This document shows, piece after piece, positions 53,135-62,449 of a stretch of DNA of 64,000 nt (position 1 is its first letter; every line of letters starts with the position of its first letter). Under the pieces are notes generated by a model. The model was not told the DNA's origin and did no database searches. It saw only the letters and a list, made by a program, of their open reading frames with translations. The stretch lies in contig JAZKDC010000017.1 of the NCBI GenBank assembly GCA_040387795.1, forward strand, positions 486,157 to 550,156, read 5' to 3'. The stretch comes from Verrucomicrobiota bacterium. GTDB lineage: Bacteria > Verrucomicrobiota > Verrucomicrobiia > Verrucomicrobiales > V1-33. The translations under genes and the position numbers were made by a program.

Positions 53135-54568
53135 ATGGCTTTGAATCCATTCCTTCCTTTTCTTCTTGTCCTTGGCATGATCGGTCTGGCGGCTCCCGTT
53201 GGACTGCGGGCGGCTCCGACGCAGGTGACGGTGGAGGTTTCCAAGGCGCTGCAGTCGTTTGATGGGCTGGGCTGCGGGGCGATTTTTTATGAGGGGCACA
53301 TGACCAGCCTGGCGGCGCGGAACAAACCGGAGGAGCAGGAGCAGCTCTACGATGCGATGTTCAAGGAAGTGCGCACGGATTACATGCATCTCTACATCCG
53401 TCACGATCACGAGCCGCAGAATGACAATGCGGACCCGTGGACCCCGGTGTTCAAGGCCGGGGATTTCAAATACTGCGAACACACCCTGGCGATCTGCAAG
53501 GCGGCGCTGCAGCGGCAGCCGCAGATGAAGTTTTACGCCACGCTCTACACGCCCCCGGCGTGGATGAAAACGAACGATGATGTGTCCGGGGGAGGGGCGC
53601 AAAAAGGCACCCTGAAAAAAGGCTTGGAACTGGAATTGGGGGAATACCTCTGGGCCTTCCTCGACCACATGAAGCGCAACGGGGTGGAGATGCACTATCT
53701 GAGTATCGCCAATGAGCCGGGCTGGCCGCACACCCAGCCGTCCTATTTCCTCGACCCGGACCAGCACGCGGCGCTTTTTTCCAAGGTGGCGGATTACCTG
53801 ACCGAAATGGCCCAGCGGCATCCGGAAGTGCCCCGGCCGAAATTGGTCGGACCGAATGGGCTCAGCGTGATCGACGCAGCGGAACGTTATTTGCCGCCCT
53901 TGCTGCGGAAGGCGGGCAACCAGCTCGACATCGTGGGCACCCACGACTACGACCGCCGGGGCGACCGGTGGAAAACCCTGACCAAGGCCGCCAAAGGCCG
54001 GCCGGTCTGGGGCACGGAATGGTGTGTGAATGGCCCGGACGATTCGCCGGGGCTGATCCGGTCGGCCACGGAATTCTGGCTGGCGATGAGTGAAGCCTTC
54101 AATGGCGGGGCGAATGTCTGGATGGCCTACGACTGGGTTTATCCGCCCCGGCAGGGTGGCGAGGCGCTGATCCATCTGAAGTGGGGGGAATCCTGGGAAC
54201 CGACCCGAATTTACCATGGGTTCCGGCAATTTGCTTCCAAACTGGAGCCTGGCATGACGGTGGTCTCCAGCAGCGTCTCCGGCGCGGGGGCCAGCGGCTT
54301 TTCCAAGCCCGGGGTGAAAGCCTGTGCCTTCCGCAGCAAGGAGGGGAAACGCGTCGTCCTGAATGTGGCCAACGTGCAGGACCAGCCAGTGGAGCTGGTG
54401 GTGAATTTCCGGGGAGCGGGCGACGGTCCGGCCCAGGCGTGGCTGACCAGTGGCACCGACACTCTGTCGCCGCTGCCCGCCCAACCCGGCAAAGGTGGCC
54501 CGCTCAAATTTACCCTGCCACCCCGGGGGATGCTCACGGTGGAAACCGGTGGGACCGCCGGCCGGTGA
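53135..54568 (+). CDS. Glycoside hydrolase, family 30-like (clan GH-A)
   Basis: Signal peptide. QSFDGLGCG, TPPAWMKTN, acid/base LSIANEPGW, nucleophile region WGTEW, then a C-terminal beta-sandwich. Start at the ATG at 53135. Confidence 0.7.
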   Translation: MALNPFLPFLLVLGMIGLAAPVGLRAAPTQVTVEVSKALQSFDGLGCGAIFYEGHMTSLAARNKPEEQEQLYDAMFKEVRTDYMHLYIRHDHEPQNDNADPWTPVFKAGDFKYCEHTLAICKAALQRQPQMKFYATLYTPPAWMKTNDDVSGGGAQKGTLKKGLELELGEYLWAFLDHMKRNGVEMHYLSIANEPGWPHTQPSYFLDPDQHAALFSKVADYLTEMAQRHPEVPRPKLVGPNGLSVIDAAERYLPPLLRKAGNQLDIVGTHDYDRRGDRWKTLTKAAKGRPVWGTEWCVNGPDDSPGLIRSATEFWLAMSEAFNGGANVWMAYDWVYPPRQGGEALIHLKWGESWEPTRIYHGFRQFASKLEPGMTVVSSSVSGAGASGFSKPGVKACAFRSKEGKRVVLNVANVQDQPVELVVNFRGAGDGPAQAWLTSGTDTLSPLPAQPGKGGPLKFTLPPRGMLTVETGGTAGR

Positions 54569-54698
54569 GGCAGCGGTCTGCCGGAAATGCCGGCCGGAAG
54601 AGCAGGGACGCGGAGAATGTCTTGCCATCGGCCTGCATTCCCGCCAAATTCCGCAGTTCAGTTCCTATTACTCCGTTCCTCATAAATACCATCCTTCC

Positions 54699-56141
54699 AT
54701 GACCAACCGCCGTTCCTTCCTGACCAAATCCGGCCTCGCCGCCGGGGCTCTCGCGTTTCCCAACATCCTGCACGCCCAGAACAAAGGGGACAAGCTGCGC
54801 ATCGCTTTTGTGGGAGTGGGCGGGATCAACAAACGCCATACCGATGACACCAAGGCGGCCGGCGACATCGTGGCTTGTTATTGCGATGTGGACACCCGGA
54901 ACTACGTCAATGCCCTCGCGCACAAGGACGACCCGAACTGGAAGGACGCCAAAGGGTATCAGGACTACCGGAAGATGATCGAGGAGCAGGCGAAGAACAT
55001 TGATGCCGTGATTGTGGGCACGCCGGACCACCATCACTTCCCCGCCACCGCGCTCGCCATGATGGCCGGCAAACATGTTTTCACCCAGAAACCCCTGACC
55101 CACACCGTCTGGGAAGCGCGGCAACTCCAGCTGGCCGCCGAGAAATTCAAAGTGGCCACCCAGATGGGTAACCACGGCCACGCCAACGAGGGCAACCGCC
55201 GCATCTATGAATTCGTGAATGGCGGGTTCCTCGGCGACGTCACCGAGATCCATTGTGTCACCAACCGTCCCATCTGGCCGCAAGGCGGGGAAAAGCCCAC
55301 CACCACCGACCCCGTGCCGGCGGAATTCAATTGGGATCTCTGGCTCGGCCCGGCTCCGGCGCGGCCGTTCTCGCACAATCCCGCCAACAAACGCGGCGGG
55401 GTTTATCACATGTTCAACTGGCGTGGTTTCCTCGATTTCGGCGGCGGCGCCCTCGCCGACATGGCCTGCCACACCATGGACTCCATCTTCATGTCCATGA
55501 ACCCAGGCTATCCGGAAGCGGTGGAAGTCATCGAGATCAATGGCCAGTCCAGCGACATGTTCCCCAAGGGCGCCATTTTGAAATGGACCTACGGCCCCGG
55601 CACCCTGCCGAACGGCAAGGCCCGCCCTGGTTTCACCGTCACCTGGTATGACGGAATGCTGAAAAATGAGAAAGGCGAAGACGCCCTCGCGCTTGAACGC
55701 GTCGCGAAGGCGATTGGTGAGGAAAAACTGCGCATGCCCGACGGTTCGCTGCAGAAGATCCCGACCAGCGGCAATGTTTACATCGGCACCAAGGAAAGCC
55801 TGCTCGTCACCGGCGACTATGGCGACCGCTCCCGCATCATCCCGGAAGCCAACATGCAGAAGATCGGCAGTCCGCCGAAATTGCTGGAGCGCTCCATCGG
55901 CCACCACGAGGAATGGCGTCAGGCCTGTCTGGGGAACAAACCGATCGACTTCCCCGGCTCCAACTTCAAATACGCGGCCCCCTTCACCGAAACCATCCTC
56001 CTCGGCAATGTCGCCCAGCGCGTCGAGAAGGGCAAAAAGCTCCTCTGGGACGCCAAGGCCATGGCCTTCACCAACAGCCCGGAAGCTAATGCCTTCATCA
56101 ACAAGTCCTACCGCGCCGGCTGGGACTACAAGATCGGCTAA
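54699..56141 (+). CDS. Gfo/Idh/MocA-family oxidoreductase with Tat signal
   Basis: MTNRRSFLTKSGLAAGALAF (twin-Arg), Rossmann motif IAFVGVGGINKRH, GTPDHHH, QKPLTH. Start at the ATG at 54699. Confidence 0.85.
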   Translation: MTNRRSFLTKSGLAAGALAFPNILHAQNKGDKLRIAFVGVGGINKRHTDDTKAAGDIVACYCDVDTRNYVNALAHKDDPNWKDAKGYQDYRKMIEEQAKNIDAVIVGTPDHHHFPATALAMMAGKHVFTQKPLTHTVWEARQLQLAAEKFKVATQMGNHGHANEGNRRIYEFVNGGFLGDVTEIHCVTNRPIWPQGGEKPTTTDPVPAEFNWDLWLGPAPARPFSHNPANKRGGVYHMFNWRGFLDFGGGALADMACHTMDSIFMSMNPGYPEAVEVIEINGQSSDMFPKGAILKWTYGPGTLPNGKARPGFTVTWYDGMLKNEKGEDALALERVAKAIGEEKLRMPDGSLQKIPTSGNVYIGTKESLLVTGDYGDRSRIIPEANMQKIGSPPKLLERSIGHHEEWRQACLGNKPIDFPGSNFKYAAPFTETILLGNVAQRVEKGKKLLWDAKAMAFTNSPEANAFINKSYRAGWDYKIG

Positions 56142-56160
56142 GCCGGCCGCCTGATTCCCT

Positions 56161-56205
56161 GGCCACGGGGCTTTCCGTCCTGCGGGAAGCGCCGTGGCCC
56201 TTTCC
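56161..56205 (+). terminator. Terminator-like long hairpin
   Basis: GGCCACGG (56161-68) / CCGTGGCC (56192-99) with an inner CTTTCCG/CGGGAAG helix, followed by CTTTCC. Confidence 0.45.
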
Positions 56206-56342
56206 ACCGGGGCAGCGCGGTCCATTTCCCGCCTGGTGGTTCTTCATTGAGATTTCCCGGCCAGCAGGAATACTGGGCCTCCTCCCACCCGCTTTTTCCC
56301 GCGGCGCCCGTTCTTTTTCCCTTTTCCCCTCACTTATCCGGC

Positions 56343-58499
56343 ATGGCCCACGCCACTCAAACCTCCCGCGGTGTCACCGTCCTGCACACCGACCTGCTCA
56401 CCACCCACGGCGTTCTCCTTGTCCCCGCGCGCCTCGCCGCCGCGGATCTGCCGCGGCTGGTCAAGCTGGCGGGCGGGCGGACGGTCACTCTCCTGACGGA
56501 ATCCAGCGCCGCTTATGCGCCGGCCTTGGCTCAAGCCATCGCCGCCCTGAACCTGGCCACCATCGAGCGGGGCAGTGCCGGATCGGCCGAGACGGTGCAG
56601 GCCACCGTCCACCAACAGGGCGTGGTGCTGTATGTGCCGCCCACCGTCACTGCTCCTGCGGCAGCGAACCTCGCGATTCCCCACCTGCTGCTGCAGGACC
56701 TTTGCCATCACGGCGTGCCCCTGCAGCCCGTCGGGGTGGATTACCCCCGTGCGGAAGCCCTGTCCATTGCCGCCGGCAGCGCGCCGGTCGAAGTCGTTTA
56801 TGCCATCAGTGCCGTGATTCCAGCGGAGGCGGTGACCTATCCCGCCGTGCAGGCGGCGTTGATCGAAGCCAGTGCGGAGGCCTTTGCCACCCGGCCTTCG
56901 CTCAATGTCCCGCTCGGGCACATGCTGCTGGCAGGTTTCAAACAACATGGCGCCACCGGCGAGGTGATTGATGGCCTGGATGGCAGCGTCACCTCTTACG
57001 CCAAGGTGTTTGCCGCCGCTGCCGCCCTCTCGGAGTTGATCAAAAAAGAAACCTCGCAGCCCCGGATCGGCATCGCTCTGCCTCCCGGCCGCGGCGGTCT
57101 CATCGCCAACATGGCCGCCGTCCTGGCCGGAAAAGTCCCGGTCAATTTCAACTTCACCGCGGGCAAGGAAGCCGTCGAAAGCGCCATGCGGCAGAGCGGG
57201 ATCGACCGATTCCTGACCGCCGACAGCTTTGTCAGGAAAGTCCAGACCTTCCCGTGGCCGCCCACCAAGCAGTTGATGTTCCTCGAGCGCATCATGCCCC
57301 AGATGCAGCCGAAGATCATCAAATGGCTGATCGCCCTGAAGCTGCTGCCTGTCCCGGTGCTTGCCAAACTGCTCGGGCTTTCCTCCGAAGGCGGGGACCG
57401 CGAGGCCGCACTGCTGTTCACCAGCGGCAGTTCCGGCGAACCCAAAGGGGTGGCCCTCAGCCACCGGAATATTGTCAGCAACGTCACCCAGTTTGCCATC
57501 CGTCTCGGCCTGTCTTCCGAGGATAAAATCCTCGGATCGCTGCCCCTGTTCCATTCCCTCGGCGGCACCGTCACCCTGTGGTTCCCCATCTTCCAGGGCC
57601 ACAGCCTGGTCACCTACCCCAGCCCGCTGGAGGTCACCAAACTCGCCGAACTGGTCGACAAACACGGCGTCGCGCTCATGCTCAGCACCCCAACCTTCCT
57701 GCGGGGCTACCTGAAACGGGTCAAAGTGGAGCAGCTCGCCAGCCTCAAACTCATCGTGACCGGGGCGGAAAAACTCCCGCTCACCCTCGAGGAGGAGTTC
57801 CTCAAAAAATTCGGCAAACCCGTCATGGAAGGCTACGGCCTCACCGAAACCTCCCCGGCCACCAACTTCAACCTGCCGGAGCCCGCCAACTCCCCCTGGC
57901 CCGTCCTCCCGGTCCGCCGCGTCGGTTCGGTGGGTCAGCTCATGCCCGGCCTCGCCGTCAAAATCACCGACCCCTCCACCGACGCCCCGCTGGCCGTCAA
58001 CCAGTCCGGCATGATCTGGTTCAAGGGCCCCAACGTCTTTAAAGGGTATCTCAAACAACCCCGCAAAACCGAGGAAGTCCTGCAGAACGACTGGTTCCGC
58101 ACCGGTGACATCGGCCGGCTGGATGAAGACGGTTTCCTTTTCATCGAAGGCCGCCTTAGCCGGTTTTCCAAAATCGGGGGCGAAATGGTCCCCCATGAAA
58201 TCGTGGAGGAACACATCACCAAAGCGATGCATCTGGAAGGCGAGTCCGAGCGCCGCATTGCGGTGGTGGGCATCCCTGACGATGAAAAAGGCGAAGCCCT
58301 CGTCCTTCTCAGCACCGTTTCCAGCGAAGCCGTGAAACAGGAAATTATCCAGCTCCGCTACACGCTGCTGGAACGCGGCGTACCCGCCCTGTGGATTCCC
58401 AAACGCCTCGTCCGCGTCGAGCAGATTCCGGTGCTTGCCAGCGGCAAACTCGACCTCAAGGGTTGTGAGAGACTAGCCATTGCCCGAAGCGGGGAATAA
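56343..58499 (+). CDS. Acyl-AMP-forming ligase (AMP-binding family) with ~250-aa N-terminal extension
   Basis: LLFTSGSSGEPKGVALSHRNI, EGYGLTETS, WFRTGDIGRLDEDGFLFIEGRLSRFSKIGGEMV. Start at the ATG at 56343. The N-terminal domain has no clear HX4D motif. Confidence 0.8.
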   Translation: MAHATQTSRGVTVLHTDLLTTHGVLLVPARLAAADLPRLVKLAGGRTVTLLTESSAAYAPALAQAIAALNLATIERGSAGSAETVQATVHQQGVVLYVPPTVTAPAAANLAIPHLLLQDLCHHGVPLQPVGVDYPRAEALSIAAGSAPVEVVYAISAVIPAEAVTYPAVQAALIEASAEAFATRPSLNVPLGHMLLAGFKQHGATGEVIDGLDGSVTSYAKVFAAAAALSELIKKETSQPRIGIALPPGRGGLIANMAAVLAGKVPVNFNFTAGKEAVESAMRQSGIDRFLTADSFVRKVQTFPWPPTKQLMFLERIMPQMQPKIIKWLIALKLLPVPVLAKLLGLSSEGGDREAALLFTSGSSGEPKGVALSHRNIVSNVTQFAIRLGLSSEDKILGSLPLFHSLGGTVTLWFPIFQGHSLVTYPSPLEVTKLAELVDKHGVALMLSTPTFLRGYLKRVKVEQLASLKLIVTGAEKLPLTLEEEFLKKFGKPVMEGYGLTETSPATNFNLPEPANSPWPVLPVRRVGSVGQLMPGLAVKITDPSTDAPLAVNQSGMIWFKGPNVFKGYLKQPRKTEEVLQNDWFRTGDIGRLDEDGFLFIEGRLSRFSKIGGEMVPHEIVEEHITKAMHLEGESERRIAVVGIPDDEKGEALVLLSTVSSEAVKQEIIQLRYTLLERGVPALWIPKRLVRVEQIPVLASGKLDLKGCERLAIARSGE

Positions 58500-58747
58500 G
58501 CCGGTGGCCAGCCCAGTCGCCTGGTTGATCCAACCTAAAAGGGACGGCGGTGGCCCGTCATTTTCCCAACCAAGTCCAGCGACCTGGCGCCCCGTGGGGA
58601 CCGGGGATTCCCGGGAGGATCTTCCCGCGCCGCATTAAATCCAATGTTGCGCTTTTGCGGCTTGAAGATAGTCTCGCCGCAGCCTTTTGCCCAAAAGGCG
58701 ATCCCATCCAGCGTCACTGCCGGTCCGACCGGTCTTACTTTTTCACG

Positions 58748-61141
58748 ATGAACCCATCCGCCCTCCTCCGCCGTCCGGCTGCGCCCCGTCCTCTCCTTCT
58801 CTCCCTCGCCCCGCTGGCCTGCGCGCTCGCGCTGCCGGCTGTGCTCCATGCGCAGGCCCTGCCCGGCCTGCTTCCGCCGCCCGCCTCCGCTGAGAGTGCG
58901 GCCTTGGCTCCGGCGACCGGTCCCGTCGTCCGCTCCGTGGAAATCCGCTTCAAAGGCGAAGCTACCGTGGACCGCGAACGCATCCTGTCCAACATGCGCC
59001 TGAAGACCGGCGAGATCTACACCAGGGAAAAAGAGGAACAGGATCTCCGCGCCCTTTATAACACCGGCGATCTGCTCGATGTGCAATTCACCACCACGGA
59101 AGTGGCCGGAGGCATCAAACTCACCGTCACCGTCGAAGCCCGGGCCGGCCTCGGCAACATTGAGTTCCTCGGCAACACTGTCTTCACCGCCACCCGCCTG
59201 CAGCAGGAGATCGAACTGAAAATCGGGGGTTCGGTGGATGACACCAGCCTCGCCAAGGCCAAGGACGCCATCATCGAAGTCTACAAAGCCAAGGGCTATC
59301 CCGACGTCACCGTCGATTATTCCGTCACCAAGGGAGCCACCCCCGGTTTTTCCCGGGCGGTCTTCTCCATCAACGAAGGCGGACGCGGCATCATCAAGGA
59401 CGTCATTTTTGAAGGGGCGACCTCCTTCTCCTCCGGCAAACTCAAGAGTGTCATAAAGAGCGACAACCGGAACTGGATCAAATTCTGGGACCTCAAACGC
59501 CGGGTCGACCGCACCAAGATCGAAGAGGATATCAAGGCGATCGAGGAGTTCTATCAAAACGCCGGTTATCTGGATGCCAAGGTGACCAACGTGGTGCCCC
59601 AGCGCGTCGATGACAAAAACGTCAATCTGGTCTACAGCATCGTTGAAGGTCCGGTCTACACCGTGGCTGCGGTCACCGTGGCCGGCAACAAACTCTATCA
59701 GACCGCCGACCTGATCCCCGTCTTCCAACTCGAAGCCGGCCAGACCTTCTCCCTCGCGGACATGAAGATCGACCTCGCCACCATCGCGGACTACTATGGT
59801 TCCCGCGGTTATGCCGATTCCAAGGTCACCCCGCGCATCGACAAACAAGCCGGCAGCCAGTTGGGCATCACTTACGCCATTGAGGAAGGCAACCAGTTCA
59901 AGGTCGGCAAAATCAGCATCTCCGGGAACCAGAAGACCAAGGAGGAAGTGGTCCGCCGCGAGCTGACCATTGCGCCCACGGACGAATACAACACCATCAA
60001 AATCCGGAAGTCCCAGTCCCGCCTGATGAACCTCGACTACTTCGAGGGAGTGGACTTCATGCCGGTCTCGTCCGACCTCGGTCCTGACTACAAGGACATC
60101 AACATCGACCTCAAGGAAAAGCCCACCGGCTCGGTCCAATTCGGCGCCGGTTTCAGTTCCATCGACAATCTGGTCGGCTTCGTGGAAGTCAGCCAGAAGA
60201 ATTTCGACATCGCCAACTGGCCCTCCTTCACCGGAGCCGGCCAGCGCTTCCGCCTCGGCCTCAAGGCCGGCACGGAACGCAAGGACTTCATCATGAGCCT
60301 GACCGAGCCCTACTTCCTCGGCCAGCGCCTCTCCCTCGGCGGGGACCTCTTCTACACGGAGAAAAACTACCTGAGTGATTATTACGACGAGCGCGACGTC
60401 GGCGGCAGCATCAACCTGCGCAAGCCCCTCGGTGACAATACCGATCTGCGTCTGACCTATACCCTGCAACAGGTGGAGATCTACGACATTGATGAGGATG
60501 CTTCCGAATACATCAAATCCCAGGAAGGAGACTACCTGCAAAGCCGGCTCGGGGCCGCCTGGGTCTTCGATAACCGCGACAGCTTCCAGATGCCGACCCG
60601 CGGCCACAAGATCAGCGTGGAAGGCAATCTCAGCGGCAGCTTCCTCGGCGGGGATGTGGACACCGTCAGCCTCAGCCTCTCCGGTCAGAAGTACTGGAAA
60701 ATGCCCTTCGACACCATCTTCAGCCTGCAGGGTGAAGTCGCCTCCGTCGACACCACCGGCGACGGCGACAGCGTGCCGATCTTTGAACGCCAATTCCTCG
60801 GCGGGGCCAACAACTTGCGCGGCTTTGAATACCGCGACGTCGGACCGAAGGATGAAAACGGCGAACCAATCGGGGGCAACACCCTCGGATGGATCACGGC
60901 TGAACTCACCTTCCCCATCGTGGCCAAAATCCGGGGTGCCGTCTTTGCGGACGCCGGTTTCGTGAATCCTGACTCCTGGGATTACTCCAGCTCCGACTAC
61001 AATGCCGACATCGGCCTTGGCGTCCGGGTCAATCTGCCCCTCGTTGGTCCCGTCAAAATTGACTACGGTATCCCGATCACCACCGACGAATTCAACGACG
61101 ACGGAGGTCAGTTCCAGTTCAGCGTGGACTACAAGTTCTAA
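58748..61141 (+). CDS. bamA: Outer membrane protein assembly factor BamA
   Basis: Signal peptide, POTRA repeats (VRSVEIRFKGEATVDRERILSNMRLKTGEIYT...), beta-barrel with RGF/RGY motif (LRGFEYRDVGP) and C-terminal ...FQFSVDYKF. Confidence 0.9.
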   Translation: MNPSALLRRPAAPRPLLLSLAPLACALALPAVLHAQALPGLLPPPASAESAALAPATGPVVRSVEIRFKGEATVDRERILSNMRLKTGEIYTREKEEQDLRALYNTGDLLDVQFTTTEVAGGIKLTVTVEARAGLGNIEFLGNTVFTATRLQQEIELKIGGSVDDTSLAKAKDAIIEVYKAKGYPDVTVDYSVTKGATPGFSRAVFSINEGGRGIIKDVIFEGATSFSSGKLKSVIKSDNRNWIKFWDLKRRVDRTKIEEDIKAIEEFYQNAGYLDAKVTNVVPQRVDDKNVNLVYSIVEGPVYTVAAVTVAGNKLYQTADLIPVFQLEAGQTFSLADMKIDLATIADYYGSRGYADSKVTPRIDKQAGSQLGITYAIEEGNQFKVGKISISGNQKTKEEVVRRELTIAPTDEYNTIKIRKSQSRLMNLDYFEGVDFMPVSSDLGPDYKDINIDLKEKPTGSVQFGAGFSSIDNLVGFVEVSQKNFDIANWPSFTGAGQRFRLGLKAGTERKDFIMSLTEPYFLGQRLSLGGDLFYTEKNYLSDYYDERDVGGSINLRKPLGDNTDLRLTYTLQQVEIYDIDEDASEYIKSQEGDYLQSRLGAAWVFDNRDSFQMPTRGHKISVEGNLSGSFLGGDVDTVSLSLSGQKYWKMPFDTIFSLQGEVASVDTTGDGDSVPIFERQFLGGANNLRGFEYRDVGPKDENGEPIGGNTLGWITAELTFPIVAKIRGAVFADAGFVNPDSWDYSSSDYNADIGLGVRVNLPLVGPVKIDYGIPITTDEFNDDGGQFQFSVDYKF

Positions 61142-61160
61142 CCGCAACCAGGTTTCCCCC

Positions 61161-61196
61161 ACAGCCGCTTCCGCAAGGGAGCGGCTGTTTTGTTGT
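61161..61196 (+). terminator. bamA intrinsic terminator
   Basis: ACAGCCGCTTCC(61161-72)-GCAA-GGGAGCGGCTGT(61177-88), followed by TTTTGTTGT. One G-U pair in the stem. Confidence 0.7.
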
Positions 61197-61246
61197 GCAA
61201 AAGGACCGGCCTCCAGCGGGGCACCGGCTGGCGTGGCATTGGCCCA

Positions 61247-61870
61247 TCACATCCACGCATCCAGCAGCGCGGACACGTGGGACAAGTCCCCTACCGTGAT
61301 ATCCGGGCGCGATTCGGCGATCACTTCCGGAAACTCATACCCGGTCAGCACTGCAATGGACCGGATCCCCGCGGCCTGCGCCGCGTGGACGTCATGCCGC
61401 ATATCACCGATCATTACGGTGCGGGCCGGCTCCAGCCGATGCTCCTCCAGAATCCCGGAGATGCGCTTGGTTTTGTCCCTCACCCCGGCATAGATCACTT
61501 CAAAAAAGCTGGTCAGCCCGAGGTCTGCCGCTTGCGACTCCACCGCCTCGGGAGGGGCGGAGCTGAGCACAAACATCCGGCACCCCTGCCGGGCACAGCG
61601 TTCCAGAAAGGGCAGGGCATGGGGAATCAGTGTCACCGGCGCAGTGCTCGCCGCCATCGCCGGACGGAAGATCAATTCCAGTTCCTCGATCCCGACTCCC
61701 GGCAGCATGCGTTCATAAAAGCCCGTGAAGGGCAGGGAAAACTGACGGCGGAACTGCTCGCGGTCCATTGAGGGCAGTCCGTAGTGCGTCATCACGGCAT
61801 TGGTCGCCTCGACCACCGGTGGCAGATCATCCACCACCGTGCCCGACCAATCAAAAATCACGTTGCGCAT
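61247..61870 (-). CDS. HAD-superfamily hydrolase (subfamily IA-like)
   Basis: Motif I VIFDWSGTVVDD, motif II VLSS, motif IV MIGDMRHDVHAA. Start at the ATG at 61870. Confidence 0.8.
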   Translation of the reverse strand: MRNVIFDWSGTVVDDLPPVVEATNAVMTHYGLPSMDREQFRRQFSLPFTGFYERMLPGVGIEELELIFRPAMAASTAPVTLIPHALPFLERCARQGCRMFVLSSAPPEAVESQAADLGLTSFFEVIYAGVRDKTKRISGILEEHRLEPARTVMIGDMRHDVHAAQAAGIRSIAVLTGYEFPEVIAESRPDITVGDLSHVSALLDAWM

Positions 61871-61956
61871 GGCGCGCCGTCGTCCCCCGGTCCTGCAAAA
61901 GCAACCTGAAACCGTAGCTTGCACCGCCGCCGCAACCTCAGCACCTTGAGGCTTCC

Positions 61957-62448
61957 ATGTCTCTCCGTGCCCTGCTCTCCGCCCCGCCATGGCCGCGCCT
62001 CCGGCAACACGGCGCCCGCTATCTCTGGCTCGGCCTCTTCATGGGGGCGGCCATCTTCGTCTCCCTGAAAACCGGCGAACACTATCCGTTCTCCCACTTC
62101 CCCATGTACGGGAATCCCAATCCCAAACCGGTCGATTATTATTTCCTCACCGATGCCACCGGCCAGCCGCTGCCCGTGGTCGATCTTACCGGGGACACCG
62201 CCCCCAAGTTGAAAAAACGGCTCAATACGGAGCTCAACGAGTGGGGTTTTGCCAACGACACCCGCATCAAATCCGAGATCCCCCCCGACGTCAGGGCCCG
62301 CCTCACCAAGGAAGTCCTCGACAGCTTTGTCGCCCAATCGAAACACCGCGGCACCCCACTCCCCGACCGCGTCCAGCTCTGGCGGGGCGAAATCCACGCC
62401 GGTCCGGACGGCTACCACGAAACCTTTGTGAAGGAGGCGGAAAACTAA
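61957..62448 (+). CDS. Hypothetical protein (one N-terminal TM helix)
   Basis: 163-aa ORF; YLWLGLFMGAAIFVSL anchor; FSHFPMYG motif. Translationally coupled to the next gene. Confidence 0.55.
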   Translation: MSLRALLSAPPWPRLRQHGARYLWLGLFMGAAIFVSLKTGEHYPFSHFPMYGNPNPKPVDYYFLTDATGQPLPVVDLTGDTAPKLKKRLNTELNEWGFANDTRIKSEIPPDVRARLTKEVLDSFVAQSKHRGTPLPDRVQLWRGEIHAGPDGYHETFVKEAEN

Positions 62449-62449
62449 C

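Noticed and set aside
54534-56225. 563-aa minus-strand ORF mirroring the Gfo/Idh/MocA gene, plus similar mirrors at 53123-54628 and 56334-58232
   Set aside because: Same antisense-shadow artefact. The sense strands carry Rossmann, GH30-like and AMP-binding motifs; the mirrors carry none.
58535-61162. 875-aa ORF on the minus strand spanning the whole bamA locus
   Set aside because: It is an antisense shadow of bamA. The plus-strand product has clear POTRA/beta-barrel homology. The minus-strand product is low-complexity (Gly/Val/Asp/Glu/Ala-rich) with no motifs. Stop-poor antisense frames are expected in high-GC3 genes.
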